Source: Tubiluchus corallicola
Lineage: Eukaryota; Animalia; Priapulida
NCBI GenBank assembly: GCA_030141605.1
Contig: JAQGDQ010000008.1
Coordinates: 1,116,001 to 1,180,000, forward strand
Reading direction: 5' to 3'
Length of the DNA stretch: 64,000 nucleotides
The translations under genes were made by a program, and so were the position numbers. Positions 61,905-64,000 of this stretch are shown piece after piece (within the stretch, counting starts at the first letter, position 1; the number at the start of each line of letters is the position of its first letter). A model generated the notes under the pieces. It worked only from the letters and a program-made list of their open reading frames with translations. It had not been told where the DNA came from and ran no database searches.

Positions 61905-62419
61905 GATTTGTTGGCGTCTTAATGTTTATAGGAATCAAAAACCAACATTGGCCATTTTGATGTGTATCTCCCCATGTGCTGTGATAGTAATTCACAACAA
62001 AAATTTACACAATCTGAAAAATAAAATGTTGTGATAAATAGCAACTAAAGAAGTTTTAAACATTGTAAACTCAGCATTATAGCTTTTATACAAGGGTTCA
62101 TAATCAGTTAACGTAGTTTAGGTGAATTATAAATTCAAATACATGTTAATCAAACAAATAAATGAGTAAGATGAATGATAATGGTGGGCACATAAATCAG
62201 ATGTTTTAGGATCAGAACACATCACATAAGCTAAGATATAAGGAAAACTAATCGTCAACGTTTTGCTGCTAAAAGATACTTTGTAAACAAGAAGATTCTG
62301 CTTAAATACAAGTATTGATCAGAATGAAATGTAAGTAATGATTTTTTGTATAACAACTAGTTCTAAGTAATACCACAAGTGCAAAAAATGTGAAAAGACG
62401 CATGAAAATCAAAAGAAAG

Positions 62420-62740
62420 CTAATGGAGTACCTGATAGTGATACTATAGAAAAGTTAAAGGAACTAGGAAGAAAAAAGTGGAGACTTAGTAAGCAAAAAT
62501 GTGTCTAGTTTGTCAAATACATTGTTCGCATGTAGTATTTAAATTTTTTTTGCGGCTATGGACAGAGATGAAATTGTTGATATATCTTGTGGAAGAGAGT
62601 TCCACAATTTAGTGCCTGTAAGCTGTATGTTGTAATGTTTTTAATCCACGCGATGTGCTAAATCTAGGTTGGTAGTAGCGGACCCCTTGTAGCAGACCTT
62701 GTGCTGCATGTGTGGATGTTTTGAATCTTTGTGAAAGATG
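62420..62740 (-). mobile_element. LINE (L2/CR1-group) 3' remnant
   Basis: TGTKLWNSLPQDI at 62619-62581 followed by FKYYMR...*; boundaries approximate. Confidence 0.55.
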
Positions 62741-63070
62741 CAAATTACACAATATTAAGCATAACCAACCGCATAAAGCACTCTCATTTCCGATGATTCG
62801 CCCATTCACAACTTTACTGCAATCAACTCAAGCCAACATGGGAAACCTTGAAAATCTAATTTGACCAGGCTTACTTTGAGTAAATTTTGCCTAACTAAGG
62901 CACATACTTTCTCGGATAGTGGTGTTGGGCGCCGAGTAACCCATTAGCCGAAAAAGGGCAATTGGCGTAGATGGGCTAGCCCAAGTAGGACGCGTCGTAC
63001 ATGGGCTGCCCAAGTAGGACACTAGAGACAGGTCACAAATTGAGTCGTTAACCGTACTGGCAGCACCCGT

Positions 63071-63930
63071 CAGTGGCGTCGTGCTATAGGGGCCCGGGAG
63101 GGGGGGGGGGCTGGGTCCCCCAATTGTTTACAAAATGTCAAAAATTTTAAGGGTTTCGGCGGCTTGTAATGAGACTAATAAGGTATAAAATTAATTTTGA
63201 GGAACGGTGAAATCTCCCACTGTAGCACGATATGCGATTATATATAAACATAAGTATGATTATTGATTGAATCTAATGTCTAGATGGAGAAAGTCACTAC
63301 TCTTTGCACCTTCTACATGGCTGATCTCGATGAAGAAACCCTCGAGTTGGAGTACCGCTTGTTCACTCATGCTGTCGCTGGAGACTCTGTTCCTGAACAT
63401 GTCAACACAACTGCATTCACTCAGTATACTGTTATATAACTTCTTCTGGACTGGACAAACTTTACCCAAAGATCTCCATCGCATACCAGTTGATTCTGAC
63501 TCTGCCCGTTACGTCTTGCTCTTGTAAGAGATCCTTTTCTGCTCTTAAATTTGTCAAGAATGCTCTCCGCAGTACAATGAGTCAGTCACGACTGAGTGAC
63601 CTGATGGTCCATGCAGTCGAGGCTGAGAGAACAAAGAATATGGACTTGAAGTCTGTGGTTGAGCTCTTCTGGAGTGATATTCTGCGTCGTTAGTACAAAT
63701 TTTTAGTGCATTAATTCATATCTGTTGCTGTATGTCGCTTTTTACGCTTTAACCTCTTTGTTTTATCTTGGTGTAAACTGTAATACCAGTCATTGCTTTT
63801 TTTCTATACCCCTATAGTCATCCTGTAATGTATTCATGTTATGTTGTTGGCTTTGACTGTGTTGCTGAATCATTTAAAAATAACGTTTGTTGTTTGTTCA
63901 ATATCTTCATCTTGCCTTGGAATAAAAAGT
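63071..63930 (+). mobile_element. Internally deleted hAT transposon; C-terminal dimerisation-domain remnant
   Basis: Starts cagtggcg plus a G-run; LYPKISIAYQLILTLPVTSCSCKRSFSALKFVKNALRSTMSQSRLSDLMVHAVE; right end probably outside the window. Confidence 0.85.
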
Positions 63931-64000
63931 TTAGTAATTGTTCGTAGAGTTCGTTTAGTAAAATATTAAATTAAAGGTACATATGTTTTGGTAGTCCTCT

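Noticed and set aside
63490-63693. ZMYM1-like host gene
   Set aside because: Only a frameshifted hAT dimerisation-domain remnant next to a transposon terminus

Overview
AT-rich eukaryotic (invertebrate-like) genomic window with two minus-strand protein-coding genes in tandem. (1) A 30-coding-exon thioester-containing protein of the macroglobulin complement-related (Mcr / CD109-like) class spans 13865-54515. I traced it by hand: all introns are GT-AG, phases match throughout, and the CDS is 4872 nt / 1623 aa using exon 7a. It has a signal peptide, MG domains, an LDLa module, a thioester-site motif HCGEQ, the CQVCGSYQCPYC motif and a hydrophobic C-terminal tail. (2) An STK11-interacting protein (STK11IP) is encoded by one uninterrupted 3.8-kb ORF (58104-61904). 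The rest is introns and intergenic DNA with decayed Gypsy, Academ-like, hAT, Tc1/mariner, LINE, SINE and MITE remnants plus simple repeats. The most notable structure is invisible in the ORF track: an alternative-splicing cassette in the Mcr gene. It has two old duplicated, mutually exclusive exons (32430-32517 and 35747-35831). Between them lies a chain of three 17-21 nt candidate micro-exons that together fit the same phase slot and spell a similar peptide. All calls come from manual reading; no database search or RNA evidence was available.
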